NCBI GenBank assembly: GCA_002269645.1
Contig: NIVC01004186.1
Coordinates: 1-56,246, forward strand
Length of the DNA: 56,246 bases
DNA from: Macrostomum lignano
Taxonomy: Eukaryota
Direction of reading: 5' to 3'
Position numbers and translations under genes: made by a program. Shown here piece by piece: positions 46,211 to 56,246 of the stretch (within the stretch, counting starts at the first letter, position 1; every line of letters begins with the position of its first letter). The notes beneath the pieces were generated by a model that saw nothing but the letters and a program-made list of their open reading frames with translations, was not told the origin of the DNA and searched no databases.

Positions 46211-46575
46211 AAAAGAGATACTGATATAAATAAGAATCCACAGCCATTTTTATGTGAAATCGCAGCAGTGGGTCGAATACGACTTAGGTTTCAAGAAAGA
46301 AATAAACAAAATTTTTGGGCAGAAAATTAATCAAAGATTATACAGCAAAGTTAATATCAACAAAATCTAATGGAATATTCTTGTATCAAATACTGCAATA
46401 ACTGTGTCCGCATCGAGTGCGCAATCCAAAAAAACATTTTTGGGGTCCAAGTCAGGTTTCAGCAATACGATTTTTTACGACTTCTGTGTTGTAAGATGCG
46501 GCAAGGTTAAGCACTGCTTTTGGATTTTGACGAATTGCACAGAGTGCAACCTCTCCATTTTTTGCGAGGAAATGA

Positions 46576-48784
46576 TGTAACCACGCTCTGGTCGCGGGAT
46601 AGGGCATGGGAACTTTTTCGAAAGTGCCTCCTATCCCGTGCACCCTCTGCACAGAGCTGTCGAGACTCGGCCAGGTCTCCGACCGGGCCTGGAGACTCCC
46701 GCTCTGCTGCACCTCTCTTGCTGCCTTGGTCCCGTCTCTCCTGCCGCCACACCTGCCTTTCCGGAGCCCCTACCCCTTTCTGTACCTCCCCCTCTACCCT
46801 ATCTCTTCTGTTCCCGCCCTATTCTTCCTGTACTTTCTCTACCTCCTCCCTTTTTTTGTCTCCCTCTGCACTCTTTTCCTGCGCTGTCCCCTCTTTCCCT
46901 GTGTCTACTTACAGTACTTTGTGTGCTCACCGTCTCCCCATCCCCTCTCAAACTCCCAAACGGTGACGCAAGTCGTGTGACCCCTTCTCCCCCTCGGTGA
47001 CTCATCGATGACTCATCCCCCTCTCTTGCGCAACCTTTTCTCACGCTATTGTTCTCCTTCCCAAATTTCTCATGTGACACCCACCCCACCTCCGCTTCTA
47101 TTGTTCCCGTTTTTGCTTCTTTTGTTCTCTCGACCCTCACCAATTATCACATTTTCTCCGATTTTCTCTTTCTTTTGTTCTCGTTTTCGCACCTAATTAT
47201 CACCTTTTCTCCAATGTTTACTTTTCCATTGTTCTCAGTTTTCCCCAATTATCCCCGATTTCCAATTCCTTTGTTCTCGACCCCAGCCCTATTGTTCTCA
47301 ATGTTTGCTTGCGCAACACTTTCGCGACCACCCGCTGCGCCAATTATCCCCCACCCCACCTCCGGATTGCGCAATTTCCCGATTTCTCATGTTGCTATGC
47401 CGGTCTCATGCTTCTCATCATGACTCATTCTGACGTCATTCTGCCGGCAGCCAATCAGAGAGAGGGAGCCATGGTAACGACCTTGAGGAGGCGGCTGTGA
47501 GGTCTATAAAAGGAAGCGATTTCGGCATGAGAATACTCAACTGAGTTTATCTCTGTTCCTCTCCTCGTCCTTCTTTGGACTTGCTGTCAGATTGAGTTCT
47601 GACCCATTCGTCTATAAGACGAATCCCTGCCGGCCCGCGGTCTGTTACCGCCAAGTTATCCTTAGCTCCCCAAGTGAGCTCGCCTATCGGCCAGCGGTCT
47701 GATACCGCCCAGCATCATCAGCATCGCCTGATCTACATCAGCGCCTCGTCGCTCCAGCGCATCGCCGCTTCACCGTCTGCCTGACTGCAGCCTACAGCCG
47801 CCCTCGGTCACTCCGCCTCTCTCTCTCTCTGTGCAGCTGCCGGTAAGTTCCTACTACTAATTTGTGCTCTAATTGCCTTTGCTTATCCGGGGTTTGCCTA
47901 TTTTCCATTGTCTGATTAGAGAGCTGAGCCAATGGTGATACCGTATCTTTTGCTGTATTTTACTCAATAGTGAAGCCGCCTAATTGCCTGCTTATTTGCC
48001 TAAGGGCCTAATTATTAACTATTAACTAACTTCATCATTATTCAATCTTTCACCATCATTTCACTCATGGCTTGCTAAGCCTTTCTCCCGGGGTGGCAAA
48101 GCATAAGGAAGTTTGGGTAAGCTAATGGCCTCTCCCCGTGCAAAGCCCGCCTGTGAGTGCGTGCTGCGGGGCCGCGTGTGCGTGCAGTAGAGGGATTAGC
48201 GAGTCTTGGCACGAATGGCAGTAGGAAGGTTGCACCCCATGCTAACGCGTCCCTTCGCCCTGAGCAATCTAAACTGTAGACAGTACATGTTCGCCTCATA
48301 CTACTCTTAGTAATCAAAGTCGCAAGTCAGCCTCGCTCACAGCCACAAAGGATCCCCTGCTGAGAAATCCTCCAGGATTGAGCCCAGAGTTCCCGATCAT
48401 GCCCCAAGCAGAGTCCCTGTACTCGGCTGCATGCGTCTCCCCTGTTAGCCTAAATCCCCTGGTAACCAATCCAGGCGGGGCTCTAGCCTCGAGAGGTCTG
48501 GTAGAAAGATCCAGGTGCGCCAGGTCACATAGAGTGGTGGCAGCCACTCGGTCATACTATGACCGAGTGACCAACTATTGCACCTTGGCTACAGGTGGGG
48601 TCCATGTGGGTCCTTGGCCCTCTGGTCACGAAGCGCTACCAAAGCTACTAATCATGTGGGCGGGACAGTCTGGTGCTGGAGGTCCGTCAGGTCATTGCCC
48701 GGTCATAGGCAGCCTACGGTCATTGGCCCCTCTAGTCATGCGTTCGTCTCTCTACGGAGCGGACAGGCGACAAGGGCGGTTACA
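46576..48784 (+). mobile_element. 5' LTR (~2.2 kb) of a Ty3/gypsy-type retrotransposon
   Basis: Termini TGTAACC...GGTTACA (7-bp inverted repeat), CCAAT at 47451, TATAAAA at 47505-47511, PBS 6 nt after the end. The 3' LTR is not in the window, so the left boundary is inferred. Confidence 0.75.
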
Positions 48785-48790
48785 TCAAAA

Positions 48791-48808
48791 TGGTGGCAGC
48801 GGTGGGAT
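48791..48808 (+). promoter_or_regulatory. Primer binding site, tRNA-Leu
   Basis: tggtggcagcggtgggat is complementary to the 3' end ...ATCCCACCGCTGCCACCA of eukaryotic tRNA-Leu (recalled). Confidence 0.85.
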
Positions 48809-51265
48809 CTGGTGCAAACAGCGCTGAGTTTCGGACTGGTGGTTTAGATGTGACAAGCGCACCTGTGGCATCCCTCAGAATGGTGGCCGAAGCGCAAAGA
48901 GTGCCATGTCTAAATCTACCAATCGTAAAAATAGCCAATCGTCATTCTCTTCTCCCATGGCGTGAGGCAACAAAATCCAAAAATATTAATGTAACTTTTC
49001 AAATTTTTCGGGCTGCGAATTCGTTCAATTCATTCGAAATTTCCAAATTCATTCATTCGCCAAAAGCCCCTGATTCAATTTAAAATTAATTTAGCCGATC
49101 AGTTTCAGCGCTAGAAAGTGTGAAGTGGTAGACGAGCGGATTTGATTACAATCAGAATAGCTACCTGGTAACGGAGTGTGTGAAGAACTGCGAAAGTGAA
49201 TTTTCCGGACTCACTTTCTATTTCATGGTAATATGCTTTATTTCCCCTCCCTTTCTTTCTCTCGCCTAGCCTACAGCAGAACTGTGTGAGTGTTGAGGTG
49301 GACAGCCAGCCAGGTACGGAAGCCTCATCACGCAAGCACAGGGAAGCTGGAAGCGAAGCATTTCTTTCCTTTGTCCTACCTCTTTCTTTTACTCGGGGGA
49401 GTGTAACAGTCGCTCTCCCTGATCGCTCAGTTAATCCTAGAAATGCGTAGAGACCGGAGCGTGTTTTGTTTGTCCATTAGAATGAACAGCTATCAAGGGC
49501 TATGGGGAACTCGCTATATATGCATAGTAAGGGAAGCAGTAGTCATGGCCTTGGAAACATTGGGGGATACCAAAGTCTCGCAGGAATGGGAATAGCGGTG
49601 TGATTGTATCTCTGTAGGGTATCAGTGTGACTCAAAAATCTCGGGCTAAAAAAAGTGTCACCTCCTATGGAATACCTGCGATCAGCCCGGACCTGAATTC
49701 TGCGGTAACCCCTGGTGCCTTCATGGCTGGGATTCGATCCCAACGTGTCTGCTGACTCTCCCCACTGTATTGCAGACCCGGTAGTAACTGCTTTGGTTGC
49801 ATTTGGGCTGGTGCAGTGGCTGGAAATAGTAGATCCCATAGTATCCTATTGATAGTGGAGTTCAGTGAGTATTGGAATGGTGTACTGGAAGTCTGGTGGC
49901 CCCAGTGATCTCGTAATGTTTCCTGCTGCATTCTCCTCCTTTAGTAATTCCTCCCCCCTGCTGTCAGTCTGATAGGGGAGGTGGGTGTGCCAATCAGCCC
50001 GACCCGGTAGAACGGCGCTCCTGCCCGACTTGTCAGCCTGGCCCAGGAAGGCGCTATTGCGCAACTCTTTTCCCCTCTGGCCACTGCAGCCCACTAAGCG
50101 CTTAGACGCAGGGTTGCATGCAGTCCCCTAATGTAAAGCCCCGGTACATAGAGTGCCACCCCAGTGCCCCGCAAGGTCAATAAGACGGGTTGACGTCTCT
50201 GGCAACTTGGAATAACCTAGATGGAGGTACCGCTGTCTCCTGGTAGAACCGGGCGTTCAAGTACAGTAAAGTGGAGAGGCTGACAACTGTAGGACTTTCT
50301 CCGCCATCAGATAAAGGTCCCAAGTATGCTATTTCGAGCTGCAGCAAAGGTGGAGTATCGGAGGGGCAAGCATTTCAGGAAGATACTCACTTAGGTCTGT
50401 TTATCCTAGGAAAGCGGGCGAGAGTTTCAGGCTTGTAATCCGCCTAACCTGAAAACTTCGGGGACAGTTTAGTCTGGACTCCCGCTGCGCGCCTTCGCTC
50501 TGAACAGAAGGGGGAGGTCTTGGTTTTTGTGGATTCTGCTAGACGTAGGGGAGCTGGATTCCCGCCTTTTGTGAAGCTGCGTGTACAAGATTGGTAGTCC
50601 TGAGGTGGAAGCCCCACTGGACTCCGACGGTTTTCCGGCTGTGCAAGGGCAGTAAAGTGGGAGGACCTCCATGGGGATTGCTCCCGCCACTTGGGTTTTT
50701 GGGTCCAGGCGCCAACGCTTCTTCGTAGTAGCTTTCTTAAGGAAATGGGGTCCGGCGCGCAACCCTAGGGGAGAATTTGTACAGGTGCCGTAAGTCCGTT
50801 TACGGTCGGCATTTGGGTTCCCTAGCATGGCCGCAAAATGAAGGTCAAGTCTCTCTGAATAGCCAATTTTTCCCTGTCAGGATGTGCCATAGACAACTGG
50901 TAGTGGTAGCCGCAGTTTGAGTCAGTGTGCTTTGCCGAGTGAAGCCGTTAGGACTGCCTAAATGGAATTATGTGGAGCCACCCGTTTTTCAATTTGTTTT
51001 CTTCGACGCCGCAAGTGTGTGAGTTTTGTCTGTGTTTGTGTGTGTGAGTGTGTTTGTGTGTTTCGGATCAACTTTTCGGTCTTTACCTGTAGTTGCCCCG
51101 GTTTTCTTTTCTTTTCCTTCCCGGTAGTGGGTACTCCCCCAGCTATCCGGCATTCACATGTCACGGGCGCGTGGAGATAGGGTCGTAGAAGCTGTGTGCG
51201 CAGACGCCCCTGGTCAACCACCCTCGGCCGCTGACACCCCAGCAGTTGCCGCCCCCGCAGCCGCA

Positions 51266-52634
51266 ATGGCCGCAGCCGCTGGTAACCAGGTCCCTCAGCC
51301 TCCAGAAGCAGTAGTAGTTGAGGAACCAGATGAAGGAGTAGCAGCTCCCGCTCCCAATCAGGGTGGCGCAGCAGCCGCCGCTGCTCCCCCGGACGCAGCC
51401 CAGAATCCTCCTCAGGCAGTCCCGCAGCTAGGAGACTTAGTTGCGCTATAGCCAATGCGTTTAACCAGCTAAACATGGGCCAAGACCCAGAGGCCGAAAA
51501 TCTACGTAGAAAGTTCTCTCCCGGCGAACACTGTTTTGTGCAATGGGTAGAGAGAATGATCTACAAGCTGGACGCGGAGAGAACTGTAGGAGATCAGGCT
51601 AGGAAGCAGGTGCTCATCTCGCACCTCCCAGGTGAATTTCAGAACTTAGCCTTAGGATTGGACGGGCAATTGCCCTTTGAGCAGTTCGTATCTAGATTAG
51701 GAGAGCAGTTGGGCGAGGCCAACACTGATCTGGCTAAGAGAAATAAGCTGAAGAATCTGAGCCAGAAACCCGGCCAATCACATAGTGCTTTTGCTGCTAT
51801 GATAAGATCTCAGATAACGGCCATGTTTCCTCAGATTCAGGGTGAGCAGAGAGAACAAGAAATCGTGTACACCTACTTGGAACACGCTAAGCTCCCCCGC
51901 CAGGTCAGACAAGATCTGTTGAGCCGTCGCTGGCAGACAATTGAGCAGGTGTTAGAACAGCAGCAAGCCCTGTTAGAAGCCGCAGACTTAGCCGGGAAAT
52001 GGGACAGTAGTGGCCCGCCCAGGTCTGAGTCCCGCACCGAAGTCCGTCTGCAACCTCAGCAGCCACCCAGCCCCCTCGCAAGTGGGTCAGGATGGTGAAC
52101 CAGGAAGCTGACGAGACGGAGGAGGACGGTGACGGCCTATCAGAGATGCAAGAGAGGTTGGGCGCGCTAGAGCAAACGCAAAAGGATCTGCGCAACCAGC
52201 TGGTGCAGCTCAATGAAACTATGAAGGCGACAGCAGAGTCTGTTGCCCAGCTGCCCCAGCAGATGAGGCCCCCTCGCCCCGCCACTCCCAACAGGAACTG
52301 GAGGCAGGGGCAGGGCGGCTCTAATAGCAGTAGGAACTGGCGCCAACCCCAGCCCCCGCCGCTTGCAATTCAGGAGGCGCCCACGCCGCCGGCGCCGGGT
52401 GTGCAGCAGCAGCAATTGCAGCTTCGTGCGCCACCTGATCGCCATAGGCAAGATTTAGAGGAGTGGGGCAGAGATATGTTAGACGAGGCTACCAGGGAGA
52501 GGCAGGAGAGGCTCGCCCAGCTGCGCGCGCAAGCTCTGATGCCTCCTCCTTCCACGCCTGAAGAGCCCCGGGTTCGGGAAACCCGTGGGAGGGCTGAATG
52601 GCCCGGCCCGAACTCAGCCCCGTTCCCTCTCTAG
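51266..52634 (+). CDS. Retrotransposon Gag, split by two 1-nt frameshifts (~51447 and ~52075)
   Basis: Capsid-like region FSPGEHCFVQWVERM...LKNLSQKPGQSHSAFAAMIRSQ, followed by a coiled-coil and a Pro/Gln-rich tail. No CCHC knuckle seen. Confidence 0.8.
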
Positions 52635-53100
52635 GGCCCAGCTTAACCTGCCACGTCCGCCCAGCAAGAAGTTTAGATTTGAGAAGGTACCCGATTTCTA
52701 TCAGCCAAGACCAGCTAGAGGACAACGCGGGAGAGATATTGTTGTAGAGTTGCCAATTGAGAATGTTCCCACCCGCCTCCTGGTAGATGGGGGCAGTGCG
52801 CTGTCTTTGCTAACAGTCAAAGACTTTACTAAAATTACCGGACAGAGTGTGGAGGCCCTGGAGCCCCCATGTGTGAAGGCCGTGTCCTACACGGGCAATG
52901 AATTAGAGATGCTAGGCCAGGCCACCCTCACAGCAGTTATTGGGCTAGAAGAGGTGAGAATCCTCTTTCTGGTCGTTGGCAATTCAGCAGCAGTTTCCCT
53001 CCTGGGTAGTGCTTTTCTAGCCAGTACGCATGCTATCATAGACTATCGAACAGAAAAGGTTTACTTGCTAGGTGTGAGTCTCCCATTCGACCCCCGCTGA
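52635..53100 (+). CDS. Retropepsin-type aspartic protease (+1 frame relative to Gag C-terminus); pol truncated after it
   Basis: TRLLVDGGSALSLL and LLGSAFLASTHAIIDY motifs. A linker remnant LASDCLIPP.SRVEIL follows to ~53185, then AT-rich non-coding sequence. Confidence 0.85.
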
Positions 53101-53688
53101 GTAACAGATCGGTAGCTAGCCAGTGATTGCTTAATTCCCCCCCCCGATTCGCGTGTCGAAATTTTGCTCGTGTTGCCCCGTTGGAGACCGCTTTTCGCGT
53201 ATTTACGTATGCCCTCTATTACTCGAATTTATGTTGTGACCTCGTGCTCGTTGGTGTTGTTTAAATATCTAAGATTTTAGCTCGAAAATTAGGCCCGTAC
53301 AGTATGCGTTAATTCCCTATCAGTAAATATTAACTTGGAAACTAGTAAAATTTCTATGGGTCTGCTCCACAGGAGGTCCTGCCCCGCTGTTTAAGATTTT
53401 CTGGGAACAATGGAAGTCTGGGACCGTAGGAAATTAGCACCTTTAGGTCTGATTTCGTGTGTTTGTTCACACTTTGTGAAAGTCCGATTTTGGGAAACTT
53501 TTAATTGGTTTCGATGAGGCAATAGGGGGGGGGCATTCAATGTAATTAAGTTTATCAGGCAAATGGGGCAGCAATTAGTTTAGAGTAGGCCAGTGGTTTA
53601 GTCAATGTAAAGTCAGGTAAGTAATTAAAGTCAAGTTATGGGGACAGATAGTTCAGAATTAGTAAGTAAGCATTAAGAACCACCAGCA

Positions 53689-54682
53689 TCAGCAGTTGGG
53701 AAGCCGCAGAAATAGCTCCAAGAGCAGTAGCCAGTGCATTGTGAGACCGGCTATTAGGGCCGTCGACAGCACGACCAAATGCCAGGAGCCGTCGGTCTCC
53801 ACCACAGGGGTTGGCAAGGGCTGTGGAGCGGCAGCCACGGGCGTCACCGCGGCGACCGGCGGCGGAGCGTGCGCTCGGGCTGACAACGGCGGTGGTACCG
53901 GATGCCAACCGGCCCGGACGCTGGTTCGCTGGCGGCCCGGCGGTCGCATGGCCCGGGAGCCGCGGCGCCTATGTCACCAGATGGCGCAGCCGGCCCAGAA
54001 TCAGAGGGGCGTCCGGCTCTGAATGGCTGTCTTCGGGCGCTTCGTAGTCGGACTCCTCTTCAAGAGGAGGCTCGGCTACTAGCGGCCGGAATCCTGAAAA
54101 TGAGGATTTAAGGGATGAAATAGAAGTAGGGAACTAGCCGGGTATTAGGATGTAGATAGATGGGGATTTTAACTTTATGGCGTGTGGTAGTGGCCTTCCT
54201 GGGGGTTTCTTCCTTTCTTCATTCCCTCTCCTTCCTTGAGCTCTAGGTGATCAAGTAGTGGTAGCCTTCTTCCCCGCCTTCTTTTAATGATACACCTCTA
54301 AGGATGGCAGTTTTTCGTCTTCCTCTCCTCTGGTAGAAGGGCAAATAGTGGCAGTTTCCCCGGGCAATCCACTCTAATTGGTGACGGGTTCCCCTTTCTC
54401 TTCCCTGTTAATGTACAATTGGTGGCAGTTTTCCCTAGCAACCTCTCTCAAAATGGTGGCTGATCCTCCTTTTCTTTTCTTTGGTAATGCGCCAAGATGG
54501 TGGTAGGTTCCCCTTTCTCTTTTATAATAGTACATCAAACTGGTGGCAGTCAAATTAATGATTAATTCCTCTTTCGAATTCTTTCGGCTGTTAAGTTTAT
54601 GAGGGTCTCGGAGGCATGGATGAGAACTGCGTGCGCGTGGCGTTGAAGGAAGAAATCGAAGGGAGTTGGGCCGCATCATCAT
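53689..54682 (-). pseudogene. Antisense accessory ORF remnant with C-terminal TM helix, inside the LTR element
   Basis: Piecewise open frames 54682-54374, acidic EEESDYEAPED segment, Pro/Ala-rich linker, then WHLVVLSTALIAGLTMHWLLLLELFL. Several stops and frameshifts. Confidence 0.45.
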
Positions 54683-55093
54683 TTATCCTCCGGAGTCTAA
54701 TCTCCAAATCCCTCTTCTATTCATATTAACCAAATTAATTTGTGTGCCTGATCTGAATGTGTGCATGTGAGGTGGGAGTGCGATCTCTGTCGGCTGGAGT
54801 ACGGATCTGCCGCGGGCGCGACCGGAGGTGGTCTCGGGTCTGCCCCTTCTCACAGGTGAGGAAACAGGAAGCGGCGGAACCAGCCAATCAGAGCGCACGG
54901 AGACTAGAGCGAGCGGTCCCAAGCCAACGGCGACCCCGGCCGCAGCAGGTGTGCCTCCCAATGTGCTCAACCAATGGGAAGCCAGCCCCGGCACTATAAG
55001 AAGACCCACGCCTGCCAGAGCTGGAAATCATCAATCAGAGAAATCATTCTGTCCTTCAATCGCTGAAGCATTCTATGAACTATCCAGCTTGAC

Positions 55094-56246
55094 ATGGACA
55101 CGAAGTCTACCATCAATCGAATTCAGCTATGCTCCAGCTTACCGTCTGAGCGTCCTGCCAGCCCAGTTAGCCGAAAGCGGCCCCGTGACGCCATCCAAGA
55201 GGCGGAGGACGGCCCCGAGCCGCCAGCGGCGGCCTCCGCCAGGGTCGAAGAAGGTGACGAGACAATCGACCCGGCCAATGCTGGGGGCGACACCGCGGAC
55301 ATTTCGGACCTGGCGGCCGAATTCGGCGAGGCGGCCCGCCGCCTGCGTGATGTTCTGCCCAACAGCCGCCGAAGTGTGGACATCGCCCTGCAAAGAGAAG
55401 AAGTCGATTGGGGTCAGGTGGCTGGCGAACCTTCGGCGACAGCTATGGATCTGGTGCACTGGGTCGGCCTGAGTCCTATCATGGCCCACTCCAGGCCGAG
55501 GACAGGCATGCGACTCTAGAGCGCCAACTTCGCGACAACCTGGACCGGCCCTGTCTGCTCATCCTGTCAAAAGCGGCCCTGCTGGGATTGGTTGACAATA
55601 CGCTGTTAATGTACATCGAGGCAGCGGCCCAGAGCGCCTACAAATACGCCCTCGGCGACCTAGTCCGGCAGGCCGCCAAGTTCCTCCGCAAGGTTGTGGA
55701 TGAGGAACCATCACACCTGACAGCCCGGCCGCCGTCCTGTGCCCCCATCACAGCAATCTTCAGCACCTGCGATCGGCCGGTCTACAAGAAGGTGATCATC
55801 AGCTGCGCAGCCTCCTCTCAGATGACTAGACAACTGACACCAACCCAGAGAGCCCGGCTATTGATTGGCCTGGCCAGCTTGGCCAGCGCTGCTGGGCATG
55901 CTTCCTGCGGACCTGCCAGGGCTGCTCTGGGGCTTCCTGAGCGAGGGCGCCGAATGGGAAGAGGCTCTCGTCATCCACGACGGCATTCTTGCGGCCTCCG
56001 CGCCGGCCTCTGCGCCCCTCCTCTATGCGCCGTTTGCCACAGTGGCCTGGGCCGCCACTCTCTCGCAACGGTTCAATCGCCGCTGTGGGTGGGTGTTGGC
56101 GGCCCTGGGCGACGTTGAGCCCGGCTACGCGGGCCTGGCCGAGGTGCCCCGTGGCACTTTGCAGCATTTTGCAATCGCGCAGCCGCCCCTGTCTGCACCA
56201 ACTCTGACACGGCTGCCAACAAGTACGGAATGCGGCCTTCGTCGTC
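55094..56246 (+). CDS. Unknown alpha-helical protein (>=380 aa after joining two 1-nt frameshifts), runs off window
   Basis: ATG at 55094 downstream of CCAAT boxes (54884, 54958, 54971) and TATAAG (54995). Frames join at ~55495 and ~55930. NLS-like RKRPR. The last frame is open to the window end. Confidence 0.6.

Noticed and set aside
43968-46247. 759-aa ORF
   Set aside because: An artefact of a stop-free 21-bp satellite (period divisible by 3).
49690-50400. Frequent in-frame TGA suggesting an alternative genetic code or selenocysteine
   Set aside because: TAA and TAG stops occur in the same frame, so ordinary decay is the simpler explanation.
53520-53560. G-run followed by TGTAAT as polypurine tract plus start of a 3' LTR
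   Set aside because: The downstream sequence does not match the 5' LTR start (tgtaaccacgctctgg).

Overview
Eukaryotic (animal) genomic DNA: spliced genes with GT-AG introns, many DNA transposons, and roughly a quarter of the window in tandem repeats. The overall style fits a free-living flatworm such as Macrostomum, but that is an inference, not shown by the sequence. In order: (1) the 3' part of a KDM7-family JmjC histone demethylase gene whose seven phase-compatible exons end in three C2H2 zinc fingers; (2) a two-exon calmodulin gene followed by an orphan second copy of exon 2. The copy is also 300 nt, starts at the same intron position, is about 53% identical, has degenerate EF-hands and has no first exon of its own, which suggests alternative terminal exons; (3) an intronless SoxB1-like gene; (4) a nest of hAT, piggyBac and CACTA-type DNA elements with a CpG-decay signature; (5) a gene that splices about 20 ankyrin repeats to a cGAS-like/Mab-21 nucleotidyltransferase with intact catalytic acidic residues; (6) a small single-pass membrane protein gene; (7) the left part of a large Ty3/gypsy-type LTR element (2.2-kb LTR, tRNA-Leu PBS, gag, protease, no RT after the protease) carrying extra sense and antisense ORFs of unknown function. 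Several single-base frameshifts fall in homopolymer runs and may be long-read consensus errors. All family assignments rest on motif recognition by eye; no database search was run.
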